Positions 20,073 to 33,672 of a stretch of 64,000 nt of DNA are shown here, piece by piece (within the stretch, counting starts at the first letter, position 1; every line of letters begins with the position of its first letter). The stretch is taken from positions 45,797,847 through 45,861,846 of the forward strand of contig CP154954.1 of NCBI GenBank assembly GCA_039621445.1, written 5' to 3'. The notes below the pieces were generated by a model. It saw nothing but the letters and a program-made list of their open reading frames with translations. It was not told where the DNA came from and ran no database searches. This DNA comes from Euglena gracilis. Lineage: Eukaryota. Both the position numbers and the translations under genes were made by a program.

Positions 20073-23000
20073 CAGGGACCCTGCGCGGTGTCGGTGGTCG
20101 TGGGGGTATCTCCTCCACTTCCATTTCGACATCCGGTCTAGGAGGTTGATCCTCCACAACCGCTGGCGCAGGTGCTACAGGAGGTTGATCCTCCGCTGTA
20201 GCCGGTGCGACAGATGGCTCTGTCGGCTGGGGTTCATCCCCTGAAGGTGGTTGCACTGTTGCCGGAGATGGGGGTGTGGGGACACCGACATCTGGTGTCT
20301 CCACGACCTCAGCGGCGGAGCTTGATGCTACACCTCCACCTCGTGGCGTTAGTGCAGCAGCCACGGCAGTAATGCCAGTGACCACGGCGCCGAGCACACG
20401 GCCTCCTAACGACGTGCGTGCTGTGGGACTGGCAGGTTCTTCGAGGATATCCTCGACGACCATACCAGTCACCTCGGCTGGAGGCTCAGCCGTTGGAACA
20501 GGCGTAGCAGCCACAGGTATATCCCCTGCGGGTGCTTCGTCTGGCCGAGGCTGTGCCGGAGCATGCAGAGCAGCGTAGAGGATATCCTCCACGTTCTCAC
20601 CTTCCTCCTCAGGAAGTTCCTGTTCTCCACCTACCGGTGGACAGACGGGAGCCGTCGCGGGGGCCGGGGAAACCGATCTTTCCCCTGCCGCTCGCGGGGC
20701 AGAGACGAAGGATACAGCCGTTCCTGTCGGAGACGGCGGCGCTGCCTCCAGAATGGTGACAGAGGGGCTGCGGTCGCGTTCCTCCCGCCGCGGAATCGCG
20801 GTGGTGGAAGCGACTGACGCCTCCCGTCTCCTTCGCGCCAGAGGTTCATCCTCTGGGGCGATGAAGGCGCGCAGATCCTCGGGCGAACGAGGATCGTCGG
20901 GGTGCCATCGGCATCCCTGGGCATCCGCCAGCCTGTAAAAGGCCAGCGTACTGCTACTGGCGCTGTTGGGCCAGGGTGGCGGCCATGATGGCTGCACCCA
21001 AGCGTTTGCAGGCCTGTTCGGGCCCAGGAAGCCGCGATAACGCGTGTCTTCCCAGACCTCGAAAAACCCGTCCTCGAACTCCTGCACGCATGCCAGAATC
21101 GGCATACCCAGGTCGAGGATGGCCTTCGGGTGATTCATCAGCTGGAGGAATACCTCCCTGTCGAGGGTACCGCCAAACTGTCGCCTCAAATGTTCCTCCA
21201 GGTCTATCCCGGCCAGGTGCCAGTTGGGGCGCAGGTCGGCGATAACCCGACGACGACGAGGTCCCTCAACGGGGTCGCCGTAGTCTGGTGGCAAGCTTTC
21301 CATACCAGGCCTATCGTCCTGGGGGTCACGGAGATGTATATACACCTCCATGACGTAGGTGGTCCAGGCTCGCCACCAGAACTGTTGCAGCATAAAAATA
21401 CGCTGCTTGTGGACGCGGCGACTTTTGCCCTGGACATCCGGGGCGTCGCGGCACACATGCATAAGCATGCGGCGTCCCATCTCCAGGCCCGGGTTATCCC
21501 GAGGCGGTGGAGGACTTCCGCGCACGCCGAATCCCCAGAAGTCGACAGGAAATTCCTGCCGGCAGTACTTACAACAGAGGTCATACCTCTGTGGGTAAGC
21601 CAGGGAAACGCGCTTAACGCGGAAGGTGGAGCCGTAATGGCTCACCAGCCACACCTGGAGGTTGTTGCACCACAACACCTCGATCAGGCGTTCGATGTCG
21701 GGGTTCAGTGGGTAGTATTTCCACTGCACACCGAGGGGCCCGACTGTGTGAATACAGTCGAAGATTGCCTTCAGCCTTCGGGCCAACACATGCTGGTCCC
21801 GAAATCCTAACTGGTGCAGGTAACTGCGGCCAGTGGAGTCGCTGAAGAGACCCCAGTTCTGGCAGGGGTATCCCAGCCAAAACCAGAGTTCCCAGAAACC
21901 CGGCTGGGCATCCAGCAAGGGTCTGCCACCTTCACCTTCGAAGGCGTACAGGTCAATTCCGTAATGGAATTGTCTGACTCTGTTTTCGGTGTGGTGTAAT
22001 ACCACCTCGATGACTGCCTCCGGAGGGGTGACGGGGCGGTTTCCTGCAACATGGTAATCATGCTGCATTCGCCAGCCTTCGTCCTCCAGCTCCTCCTTGA
22101 ACCTGAGCATTTGCTCAAAGTCCGAGAGGACTTCTGCTGGTTCTTCCTCCTCCTCACGGGCTGTACCCTTACCCTTGCCCTCACCCTTACCTTTGCCGGC
22201 CACGCCTTTGCCTTCTCCCTTGCCTTTGCCCTCAGCCTTACCTTTGTCCTTCCCTGTCTGGCGAATACCAGAGGGTCGGGCGCTCGGTGCGGCAGGAGTC
22301 GGTTCGGTACCTTCCCATTCCATCTCTGGGGAGGGACCTTGTCGTTCCGCTGCACGTCGCGGTGACGGCGTGGTTGGGCGCTGGCTAGGAGCCTGGCGTG
22401 GGCTTGGTTTCGGCGTAGGGGGTCGCGGCTCCTTCCATACCGGAGGGATCGGCGGAGGCATTGCGGCAACAGGACGGCTCATCGCTGCCTGTGCCACTGC
22501 CGGTGGTTGCCCGGCCAGGGTATCCTGGCTGGCTTCCACCTGCATTGCCGCACCGCCTTCCGCGTCCCGTGGGCTGGGTCGCCTGGGCTGTGGGGTAAGG
22601 TTCTCCGTAACCCTATCGCGCTTCAGGGTGGCAGGTAATCCTGCCGCTCCTGCCGGGGGCTCACCGGGTAATACCGGGGTCGCCACCCGCAGCTGCGGCT
22701 GGTACGGATGGTAGGGGGTGTATCCACGACCCTGAAGGGCGGCCAGCGAGGAGTAATACCTCGCCCGGTGCTCTTCAGACGTGAATACTGGCTCCTGCAG
22801 GAAATGCCGAGCAAGCTCATCCTGCTCGGTTCCCGGAGGTGCCATGTGGTAGTAGGGAGCCTCCTGCCGACGGGGGACATCCCCAGTCTGGACAGGGGCT
22901 GCACTGGGCGGTCGGGCTGCCTCACGGTGGGGAGGTTCATCCTCCACCACTATGGGCTCCTCCTGCCTCCGTGGCTCAACGCCAGGGGCAGGGGCGACCG

Positions 23001-23802
23001 ATGATGCTTGTGGCATCCAGTGCATGAACATGTGTTGGACGTATGCCTCAGAGGGCACGTCCGACTGTCCGGCTGGGAGCACGCGTGCGCCGCGCGGGTA
23101 ATCCGCGTGCGTCGCGTACCGCGAGACAAATTGCTCCGCTGGCGGCTCGCGCGGCGGCATTCGCTGCGGCGAGGGCGGGCGAGCAAAAATTCTCGTCATC
23201 CCAGGTGGGACATGCACAGCCTCACCTACCGGTGGGGGCGTGTGCTCACGCATATGCACGGTGTGGGATCCCACCGGCGTCTGCGTTTGCAGCATGGGCG
23301 GCACATACACGCCCAGGTCCATCATGGTCTCGCCGGGTTCGAAGCCGGAATCGGCTGCGGACGAGAAATACCGTCTGCCCGTCATCAGGGCTTGACCGCA
23401 GGGACACCACTGAGCCACAGGGGTGTTGGCTACCACCAACAGCTGAGCACAGTATGCATCCCAAAGGGCTTGCATAAAGGGCTCCGTTGGGGGGTGTGCG
23501 CACATACGCATCGCCCGCTCCAACGTCTCCGTAGTGCGGAAGATCATCTCTCCCGCATACGGGGGCAGGCGCGATCTGCGCTGCACTGGTGGCTGAGGTG
23601 CCGGCTGTTGGACGGCAGATGGATCTGGTACCGCATATGCGGACCGGCTGCTGGTAGCCGCGGCGAATACCGGGGCTGAAACCCTCTCAGCATGTGGGGC
23701 ACCCGGAATCGGGGCCTCAGCATACTGAGGGTACTGAGGGTATGGCGCGCCAGAAGGCTGCGGCCATGGTGGACCTGGTCCAGGTCCGCGCCCAGGCAGC
23801 AT
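20073..23802 (-). pseudogene. N-terminal part of ORF3 of element A (about 1,838 aa when rejoined)
   Basis: Homologous to ORF 13306-18750; cut by the 3' LTR of B. Confidence 0.9.
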
Positions 23803-23998
23803 GATGCTACCCGAACGACGACGACAACTAAGGATAACCTTGTTGTCAGTCGATTTGAGTGCGAGAGCACTGAAAAAGCAAGGCTTCTATCTTAATCAAA
23901 ACTCTGCGAGAAAGATAGAGAAATAATGAAGTGCAGGGGGGGGGTATAAACGCGAAACATTCACGTAAAACACACGCATTCTCCAAAACGAAATCGTT

Positions 23999-25669
23999 TC
24001 AGAAAGTGTTTATGTTTATGTCTATGTTATTGCGCTTGTTCCACAGCTTCCAATCCTGTTGGACATATCCAACAAAACTGGATGCTGGCTCCCAAGTGTC
24101 CTCCTCTGGCCCATACCCTTTCCAGCGAACTTTCCAGTAGTGCACACCCCTGTCGACCTTGTGGTCTATTATCTTATCGACCACAAAGTCGTCCGTTTCA
24201 GGTAATCTGGAACGGGGCTTGAAATATAGGCAGGGGATAGCTTTTCCGTCTGGGGGGCTTAGGTACGGTTTGAAGTCGTCCATATGGACGTCCTCAATCC
24301 CGTTGGGCAAGGCAACTTTATATCGCCCGCTACTACCTAACCTCTCCAAAATTTCGCATGGGCCGAGCCAAAGAGGATCTAGCTTGGAAGATTGCATGCG
24401 GGTGCGGTTATTCCGTACCCACACGCGGTCACCTGGACTATACACAGGTGTGTTGAAGTTTTGTAAAAACGATTTCCGTTTGTTGGAATGAATTTCTGTG
24501 ATACGTGATTGGACTTCGAAGCGGAGTGATTCCACTTCTGCAAACCACGTTTCACAGCTAACGCTACTTCGGGCGGGTCTCTCCGAGGGGATATCCCCTA
24601 TGACCGGAGGGTCTCGTCCGAAAACAATTTTGTACGGTGAGTGTGGTAATACCAACCCTGGCAAGGTATTGATGTAAAAGTTGGGATGCGCTTTTGTAGC
24701 TGCTGGGGGGTGTACAGATGTATCTGAAAGCGATACATCTGGTGGAAAACGTGGTATTAGTGCAGCTGGGCGACTACTCGACACCGTGACAACTTCAGGC
24801 CTTTGGGCTTTCGTCTTGTAACCCAGTGGAACGAGGGGGGTACCGCTACTCGCTTGCCCTGCCTCATGGGGAACGGAAATTGGTGTGTCAATGGGCAGGG
24901 GGTGAACTTTCTCGGTACACCCGGTGTGGAAAACGTTGGTTGGTGTGGTTGGTAACGGGGTAAAAGTTTTCGAAAACGGTGTGGAAAAATTGGTGGCTGT
25001 CGCGGTTGACGCCACGGGTGATGAAGGTTTGGGGGGCAGTGAAGAGAATGGTGATGTGCGCAAACCGTGGGAGTGGCAATCCACTACCAGCCGGTGCTGA
25101 CGAAAAAAGGGGTATCCCAGGATTACGTCAGAACCGTGGATTCCGGATTCATATCCCCAGGTATCCGGAAAATTTTGCGGTTGGGGGGGGTGTGAGTGGT
25201 GCTTGGGGATGAGGGGTAGGACTATGTCCAAAAAGCATCCCAAGTCACCACCGCACATGGGGGTGTTGTCAGCCGTCGTAATTTTGATCGGCTTCTTGGC
25301 TTTCACCAAGAGGGGGGTTGGTATCAACCCGAACCGAAAAAGTAGTGCAATGCGACAACCAGTGTCAATGAGAATTTTGACTTTTGCACAAAAATTTTGG
25401 ATTTTGATTTCCGCTTGGACCAAAAGTTCCATGGGGGGTAAGCAAAGTGAAGGGTCTGGCGAAAATACGTTTTCTTGCCAGCTTTCCCATGAACCCTTTC
25501 CTACTTTGCACAACATTCCGAGCGGAAAGTTGGAGTGGGGGGTGGGGGACCCGAAAATTTTCCGGGTACCGACCAGGAAGGCAGATGGGCAGGGGGGGCA
25601 GGGTTGATCAGGTCCTACCTCCATCTGTTCATCAGCCCAGAGGTCCGTGCCCTCGGACCTCGGGCTCCC
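23999..25669 (-). pseudogene. pol: Internally deleted pol of element A: protease fused in frame to integrase C-terminus and chromodomain
   Basis: ILIDTGC followed, at a junction near 24680 ([12 protein letters not shown]), by sequence matching B integrase from about 12463; MTase-like domain, RT, RNase H and IN core are absent. Confidence 0.9.
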
Positions 25670-28600
25670 CTACTCCAGGTCCGAACCGGCCGAATAGCCG
25701 GCTATGGGCCTTTTAGAGGTATAAACTGATTTCAACGTGCGCACCGCCATGCGGGCCTCGTCGAAATCGGTATCCGTGGTCTCATCCTCCTCCCTGCCCG
25801 AAGCCGGGGTGTCATCCTCCAAACAAGATATCTTGAAACCGACTTTATGGCGGTTGGAGGAGTGACCCTTGTCACCGCGATTCATACCGCGATGACGTTG
25901 GCCAGGGCGGGGAGAACGAGAACGCGGACATTTGGATGAGTGGTGATCACTCGATCCACAAAGCGAACACCGAGATTTGTGTCGCGAATCTGGATAACGG
26001 GGGGATCGGTTTCCCGATTTCCCGTCAAACCGTCGTGGTGACCGGGTATCCCGTCGACCATGACCGGTGTATCGGGGTTTTCCCGATGAGGATCGCGAAG
26101 AAGATGATCCGCTTCGCGAACGCGATCGCGATGTCTCGCGATGAGAATCACGCTTCTTGGCCGGGGCACCGGGTGACCTACCCCGAGGGGTACCGTGTTT
26201 CCGCTCATCGCGGAACGGGATCCGGGGGCTAATACCACCGGAACGGGGACCCGATGACCGTAAATTGCCCGATTGGCGTGAAAACGCGGAGGAACCCGAA
26301 CCTCGTGATGAGGTCGAGCCTCGCGGACTCTGAATACGCTTTCGCGCTTCAGGATTAGGGCACTCCCGAGACATATGTCCCGGTTTGTTGCACAAAAAGC
26401 ACACTTTATCCGTGGCTTGGTCCGAAGAACGCGGGTATCGCGTTTTCGATCCCGTGGTTGGTGAAGTGGGTGAAACCGGTGATTTTTGCAATGCGTTCAC
26501 CGAACCAGCCGGTAATCCAGCGGTTGGGTGTGCGGTATACGCGGATTGAATCTGACCAAGAAGCTGTGATAGCTTCAACTGCTTGGAAACGTAGTTCCAG
26601 CGTTGGTCAAGAGTCATTGCATTACCCGCCAACTCCTCACGATGGATATCCTTGATGAGGCTAGGCGTGAAATGCATGAGAACAGCGTCAAACTGTTCGC
26701 GCATTTGCTTTTCACTGAGTTCATCCACTTCAGCGGCAAGTCCTAACCATTTGGCATACCAAAGGTCAATGGACTTCCATTTGCGATCGGGTGGGGCGCA
26801 TTGCCGCCACTTGGTCTCCAGGGTAATCCTAGCGACCAAACTTGAACTGGTGGAAGCGTATTGCTCCACCAGGTCATCAAAGGAAACGCGGTAGCGAATG
26901 ACGAGTTGTCGCGCGCGCTCCTTCTCATCCCTAGGCAGGCAATCGATGAATTCCATCTTGATCACCTCCGGGTTTGTGTCCTGGGTTGGCCCTTTCAATG
27001 CCCAGTAGTACTCCCAGTCCCGGAAAAACTGTCTCCATGTGGTTGGGTCACCGTCCCATTGGGGTTTCACCTTATTCGCGATTGCGATGGTGCCCTTGAA
27101 GTCTTTCTGAAAAACCCGTTGGCCCTCGGTGGTATTCCGTGGATTCGGGCCCGGGTACGCTCGAGCACCAAGCGTATCCTTTCCGGATTCTTGTCGGAAT
27201 CGCGAAATTTCTGGTGAAGGTGAATCCTGGTACCGGAAATCCGGTCGCAAACCCTGTTGGTCACCCGTAATAGGGGGACACTCCGGTGTGGGAGTATGTC
27301 GCGCATGCAACATGTGACCCACTCCCGGTGTACGGGTTTGGCTCATTCCACGCACAAGCATGGAATGATGGATTTCTTGATGGAGACTTGGCGGAATCGC
27401 CGTGTTTTCCGAAAATTCGGTTCCCGTAATGGGAGATTCATCCGAAAACTGGTTTTGGGTTGTGGACAAGGCCAATGGTGGCACAATTCGCGGAATCGCG
27501 GTTTGTGACACTCGGGACACGGGTGGTGGTGGTGCATGTGCACCCAGATTCGGGTTGTGGAAGCGCGAATCTGGAGCATCTGGCGCATCTTCGGCAATGC
27601 ATACTGCCGAATTGCGGTGTGAAACCCGCTGTTGGTTGGACACATTATCCAAACCCACAGACAAGTCATGCACACTTTGCTCCAAATGCTCAACGAGTTG
27701 GAGTTGGCCGCAAATACGGTCAACTTCATCCTCCAAAGCGCGAATACGCTTACGGTAACGGGAAAAGTCATCCAAGTGCGGAATCCTTTCGGAAATTCCG
27801 GTAACATCTTGGACAAGTTTTCCGTGAGACTTATCCAATAATTGGAGTTGTCCCATTAATGCTTTTACAGCATTTGAGAGAATCTGCAAAGGTGATGTCA
27901 TCTTGGTTGGTGTGGTGGTGGGTGCAACCGGTGCATGGTTATCCGACAACACGGTTGTGGTACCCATGGGCAAATTTCCAGGTTGTGGGTTATCCAACAA
28001 CGCGGAAATTCGCTCATCCAACCTGGTAATCTCACTTTGCGTGGATCGGGCATTCCGATTCACCGATTCCTCAAGCCGTAATAGGCTGTTGCAGAAATCT
28101 TGCAAGGTTTCCTGATCGTAGTGAGCATTTTGTCATAAAATGCCTGGAAATCAGGGTTCTCGGTAATCCGAGAACTGGAACCTGCAGGTAGAGACTGCAT
28201 TTCCGTTATTTTGGTAGACACCGATGCATACCGGGTCTGGAGTTCCCCAATAGCAGTCTGAATACCGCTAATGTCCGGAACTCGGTGGGAAAGTGCGGAA
28301 TAGCTTTGTTGCAAACCCGCAATGGCCGAGTTAATCCCGCCAATGTCGGATTGCAACTGCAACTGCAGGGAATCCTGCCGTTGTGCCATTTCCGCGACTT
28401 TCGCGCTCAGATTGGATAATCCAACCCGATTCGCGTCACAATAGCAGGTTTTCTGCTCCAAACGGGAAAGTCGCTCCTCCAACTGCCGCACATACGTGTG
28501 GGGAGCAAAATTCTCGTTGGCTTGTGACTGGAATTGCCGAAACTTTTCCGTTTCATCGCACAACTGCATAATGCGGTGTTGCGATTCATGGAAAGTTGCG

Positions 28601-29646
28601 GACAATGTGGTGAAATGGTCCATAGACACAAATCCACCACTGCTGGATGTTGCAGACGAGGAATCTCGTGCATGCAACTGTTGTTGCAGATGCAACAACG
28701 CAGATGAACAGGACTCCATTTGTCCCGATAACTGTTGTAGTGAGCCATGCAAGTGCAGAAACTTGGAGTCATTCCGCGTTTCCGCTTCATGCATGCATTC
28801 ACTAATTTGCCGGAAGTTTTGCGGGAGCTGTTGGCATATTCTGTCAAAGGTTTCCCGAAAGTTTGCAAGGTCAATACCCGCACTTTCGAAGTTCCTCTGG
28901 CAATATCTGCCAACTTCCTGCAAGTAATTCCAGCAGTGTTCCAGCTTGGTGAAGACATGTTTCTGGTTGTCCTCATCAAACTGAAGCACTTTGTTCAATG
29001 CGGTTGCACACTGTGCAACGCATTGTTGCACATGGTTGAACTGCCTCACAAGGGGGTGATCCCCTGGAAGCCGAGCAACAATATCCTGCACATCCTCAGC
29101 AGTGAGGAGCTCACCAGTGCCCTTCCCATAGTCATCCATGGGTTGGGATGTACCGGAGAATTCCGGCACCACGAGGCGAGTCTCCGGTTGCCAAGGTAGT
29201 ACGGGATAGCACCCGATATCGGGGGGTGGTGGCAAAGCTCTGTAAGGGCTTGCCGGTGGAAGAGCGGGTGGTGGTTGAAAGAAACACGGGGTTTCCAACC
29301 CACCATCACCAGAGAAGCCCGGTGGCGGAATCACCACGGGTCTCTCCGGTGTGTGCAGCTGCACCATTGCCGCAGACAGAGGCGAATACCCCCGTTGTGG
29401 CAAGGTGAGTGCGGAAGAGGCCGTATTAGCCTCTGAAGCCAATGATGTGGAGGGCTCATCGCCGACCACTGTCAATGATGACAAGTGTTGCAATTGTGAC
29501 AATTGAATCAATTGTGCCTCATCGGCGTGGGAACTGGAAGCATTTTCACATAAAAGCTTCCAATCCCCAGTTTCTTGGTCAATGTCTTGTAATGATGCCT
29601 GTAATAAGGCATAGTTGAATTGATGGTTGGGGCCTGTGCTTTGCAT
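25670..29646 (-). pseudogene. gag: Gag of element A (1-nt frameshift near 28118)
   Basis: Homologous to gag of B throughout; the ORF-track pieces 28060-29679 and 25670-28105 join where B is open (YDKVLGDNKETLQ). Confidence 0.88.
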
Positions 29647-29834
29647 CTTTCTGACGACAAAAACAGCAAAAACCCACAAAACTAAGCAGTTGTGCTGGCA
29701 CCAGAGGGGCTGTAACGGGTAATACCGTACAGAGCCTTCCGGAGCCTGCTCGTCTGCTTAGACGTTGACTAGAAGCCGGGAGCTGACGCTGCGACCGTGT
29801 AATAACGGTGCAGGGGCTCTCCGCTGCCAGTCAG

Positions 29835-29926
29835 CGTAAGATCGAACCAATCTGCTACCAAGTGTAAAACCTGGTAGCCTTTCTTTCTGTGAAGTATGTG
29901 TAGGATCGTAACCTAATCTGCTACCA
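29835..29926 (-). promoter_or_regulatory. Duplicated tRNA-iMet PBS of element A (29917-29926 and 29851-29860)
   Basis: Two TGGTAGCAGA copies, each preceded by TACACT, separated by the same AGAAAGAAAGGCTACCAGG spacer as in B. Confidence 0.85.
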
Positions 29927-30237
29927 AGTGTACGTCTGATTCCCAATTCCCCTTTCCCAATTCCCAAAAGCCTTCGCTTTCGCCTTGGCGCACCTACTTG
30001 GGAACTGAAAATCAGAGTAACAGTGAAAACCCTTTTCCCACTTCCCAAGAAGCAAAGCACGGAGCAATGCAGGGAGGACGGACTGGAAATCCAAGTCCGG
30101 TCCAAGGAAAAGGTATAAGAAGAATAAGAATACCACCTCTGGAGAGAGAAGGGGCACCCATTAGGAAATCCTAATAGGATCTGCTTCCATCCTAACTTCC
30201 TCAACGGAAGGGGACAGAAGCATACGCCTGGTACACA
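29927..30237 (-). repeat. 5' LTR of element A (311 bp)
   Basis: Repeat of 190-498; adjacent to the PBS. Confidence 0.95.
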
Positions 30238-33200
30238 ACCCCCCCCCCAAAGGATAAATCACTGTCACGTCTCAGGTCGGAAAGCACACAATTCTCAGAA
30301 CTGTCCTTCTCAAACCAACCATTTCTATCGTCCAAGCCCAAATTTGACGCGTAATCACTTGACTCATAGCTTGAAATCACAAAATAGGGGGAAAATTGAA
30401 AAAAAAGTGGTGGTAAGGTGACCATTTTTGCCTTTGTCGTGAAAAGTGCGCACCGCCGTAGTAAGTGCACACCCCTTGGGGTCAGAAACTACGTCCTTAA
30501 AATGCGCGCACCCGTGCACTTATTAGGTGGGGGGTACTGAAAATTGCACATTACCATCCCATGAGACTTCGTTCACCTTGTGGAGGGAACCTGGTGCAAG
30601 TGGAAGAGCAACAAAGAGTGAACCAAAAGACCTTTTGGCACAACCCGTGAACGCTAAGAAAGCACAAAAACTGCCGCAGCTCGTGGATTTCTTGGACACC
30701 ATATGGGAACATCTGACGCCACCGAAACGATGACTTAAAAGACACTATTGGAGAGTGTGGTTGCAGGTGGTAATCCAACTTTTGAATCGTGGCCTAGGAG
30801 GAACCCTTCGAACCCAAGTTCTCAAGGGGCAAGTTGAAAGTACAGCGGACGGAAGTTGTCGTGGTTATAGGAAGGTAAGGAACTGTAAAACAGGGGATGA
30901 ATTGTACAAATATATTTGGATACTGAAAGGCTGTTCTGGTCTTAGATTCTTGTGAACAGAATGTAATCAGAGTTTGGGAAGCGTCATGTTCAAATTACTA
31001 AACTCCCTCAAGCTTTCATGCTTTCCCATCCTTGTGGTAAGTATTTAAGAGCTAAACTCCTTGATCTTAGATTGTGCTGAGTAGAGAAAAAAGAGGTGTG
31101 AGAGAGGTTGTGTTTGACGCATCGTCCTTCTGTGCCCGGGCTAGTCCAGGTGTGGCACCTCCCGAAGGAATCACTAATTAGCACATGACGAAAATGACGT
31201 ATTACAGGACCGGAATCTCTGACCAAGAATGGTGGGTCGTAAGGAACATCTCGCAAACGCTTGTTCCCGCCCATGAGTGTTTCATTTCGGCTTTTCGGCT
31301 TTTTGACACATTTTTTGCGGCTTTCGGCCTTTTAGCCGTTGTCCTTCGTCTTTTCGGCGCTTATGCCGTTCACTTTTGGCTTTTTGGCTTTTTTGCCACT
31401 CGTTTTTGGCAATTCGACTTTTTAGCCGTATTCTTCTCTTCTTCTTCCGTGCGTGCTGTTTTTCCTTGTCTTGCTTTTTTTTGAAGGAATTCCTTCTTTC
31501 GGACGTGAAACTTTCTGCACAAGACATTCAGTTTTCATTTCCATTCAGTTCACCATGGCACAAAGCAGGAAGTTTTTTTCCCTTGATTTATGTTCCCCGT
31601 TGGTCTTGAAATGACGCCTGAAGGTGAAGGAGCTGAAGGTTATAGAAGTGGTGGCATGGTGGCCGTAAGTCCAAGGACTTTGTGAGAGGAATTTTGGCTT
31701 TGTCTTCCCACTTCTCAAAACCGCAACCTTGCCATCCAAGACTTGCAAAAACAACCATTGGATGCATTTTTCGCAAGATGAGTAGCTCACCCAGTGATGG
31801 TATGACGATAGACATGTAGGTCCCGTGCATGTCCCGCCCTTGCGCCTCTGGCGCAAGGGCGGGACGGCACGGGGTGCCTGCTTTTCCCTTCCTCCTTCGC
31901 ACTCAAGCTGCTTTTCCTTCGCTTTCTTGAACCATGGTTTTTTTTTATATTGAGGCCCGTCAGGTGTAAAGAGGTTCATGCAAAGTAACTTGAAGCCTAA
32001 ATGGTGATTGTCAGTGATGGCTTGGGTTTGTGAATGTCGGCGGGCTCGAGATATTCATTCAAGTCCCTTACTCAACAAATAAGTTGCATAAACATTGATA
32101 CATTCAAGTAAAAAGTTTCCACTTCAATTTGTGCCTCCTCAGAGGAGTGAATTTTATATAGCAGAATTTGGTAGCCCTGAATTCACATTTGAGTAGTTTA
32201 CGTTATGGGCAAAACTTTGGGTGTGTATCTTGAAATGTTCTATTTCAGAACGAGAACGTCCCTTTCCCGAAGGCTCAAATCAGTTACGAAATGATGATCA
32301 TATCCCCGTCGTACATTCCTAAACTTAGTAGCTTGGCTTACAAAAGGTCTCGGAGGTTTACAAACACCGTGAAAGAACACAAAAGGACCAATAGCAGGAT
32401 CATACCTTCAACTTTAAATTGATCACGACAAGCTTTGTTCAAAGTGCAAATGATGATTTCCTCAAATTCAATGATTTCACCGAGTCAATTTGATATTGTC
32501 TTTAAAAAAAAAGGGGTAGTTGCTTCCGGTCTTCAAATGAGTTGGACAAAAATCAAAATACCACCCAAATGCTTGTGAATGCAAGTGTAGGATAATATGT
32601 CTATTGTGTAATTGCGGCGGTGATTTCAAAACGATGAAACTTTTCCTTTGAATGTTTCCCTGTGTATGTGATTCTCTTTTACTCCAACGCCTTTTCATTG
32701 AAAGTTGTGCAAAACAATGCATATCTTGTGACGGGATTGGATGCATGATACCTCCCGCACGGAACTTGAAAAAGCAATCACACAACCAAGAAGAAATCAC
32801 CAAATAAATTAAAATGAGATGGCTTTGGGATGAAAGGAAAGGGGAAAATGTAAGTCATTTGTGGATGTCAGAATTAATTTGAAACATAGGAGACATTTGG
32901 TTTATTTTTTTTGGTTATGTTTCAAAATTTTAGGGTATGATGCACAAATCAAATTCCTGGTGAACGTTCTTCTGTTTGGAAAAGTATTGCGAATTTTATT
33001 TTTAAAGAGATGATACTTACGCGTAGCTCTGCTTCTGTTTGATGGGTTTGTCCAAAAATGGTGATCGAAATATTTCTCTTTGTTTGATGAAAAATTACCT
33101 GACTCGGAAAAAGTATTCTTTCATTTGATTCTCCCTCCAAAAGTTAGCGTTTGCAATTCTCCTCATTTTTTTGAACCAATTCGGAAAAAAGTGGTCCAAA

Positions 33201-33465
33201 ACAGGGTTTTATGTGACACAAATGGTGGAATTTTCTCCTTCCTTCCTCTCTAAACCCCAATTCATCCCATTTCGCAAAATCATTCCGCGCACGCGCAGTT
33301 CTGTAATGGCCGTTTCCCAAACAGCGGCCTTTAAGGGCCGTATTTTCCCTATGGTTGAAAATGCTTCTGGCGGACGTGGCAAAACCTACAATCACTTCAG
33401 AACGACTTCTTGCAACAACTTCAAGTCCCCCAGGCACCAGCCGGAATCTATAGGCACAGCTTGTG

Positions 33466-33544
33466 CGTCTCGTGTGTGTGTGTGTGTGTGTATGTGTGTG
33501 TGGTGTGTGTGCGTGCGCGCGCGTGTGTGTGTGCCTGCGTGCGT

Positions 33545-33590
<46 letters not shown>

Positions 33591-33672
33591 CGTGCGTGTG
33601 CCTGCCTGCCTTTGTGCGTGCGCGCGTGCATGCGAGCTTGTGTGTGCTTGTGTTCCTGTGTGTCCGTGTGTT
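33466..33672. repeat. Compound (TG)n/(TGCG)n microsatellite (second copy about 49970-50174)
   Basis: Direct reading. Confidence 0.95.

Larger units (their letters stand above)
190..30237 (-). mobile_element. Ty3/Gypsy LTR retrotransposon, element A (pol-deleted; interrupted by element B)
   Basis: Near-identical LTRs at 190-498 and 29927-30237; TSD ACCCC at 185-189 and 30238-30242; empty site CCGC-ACCCC-CCCCCCAAAGG at 46741-46760; PBS next to the right LTR and PPT next to the left LTR; gag, PR-IN fragment and ORF3 on the minus strand. Confidence 0.95.
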
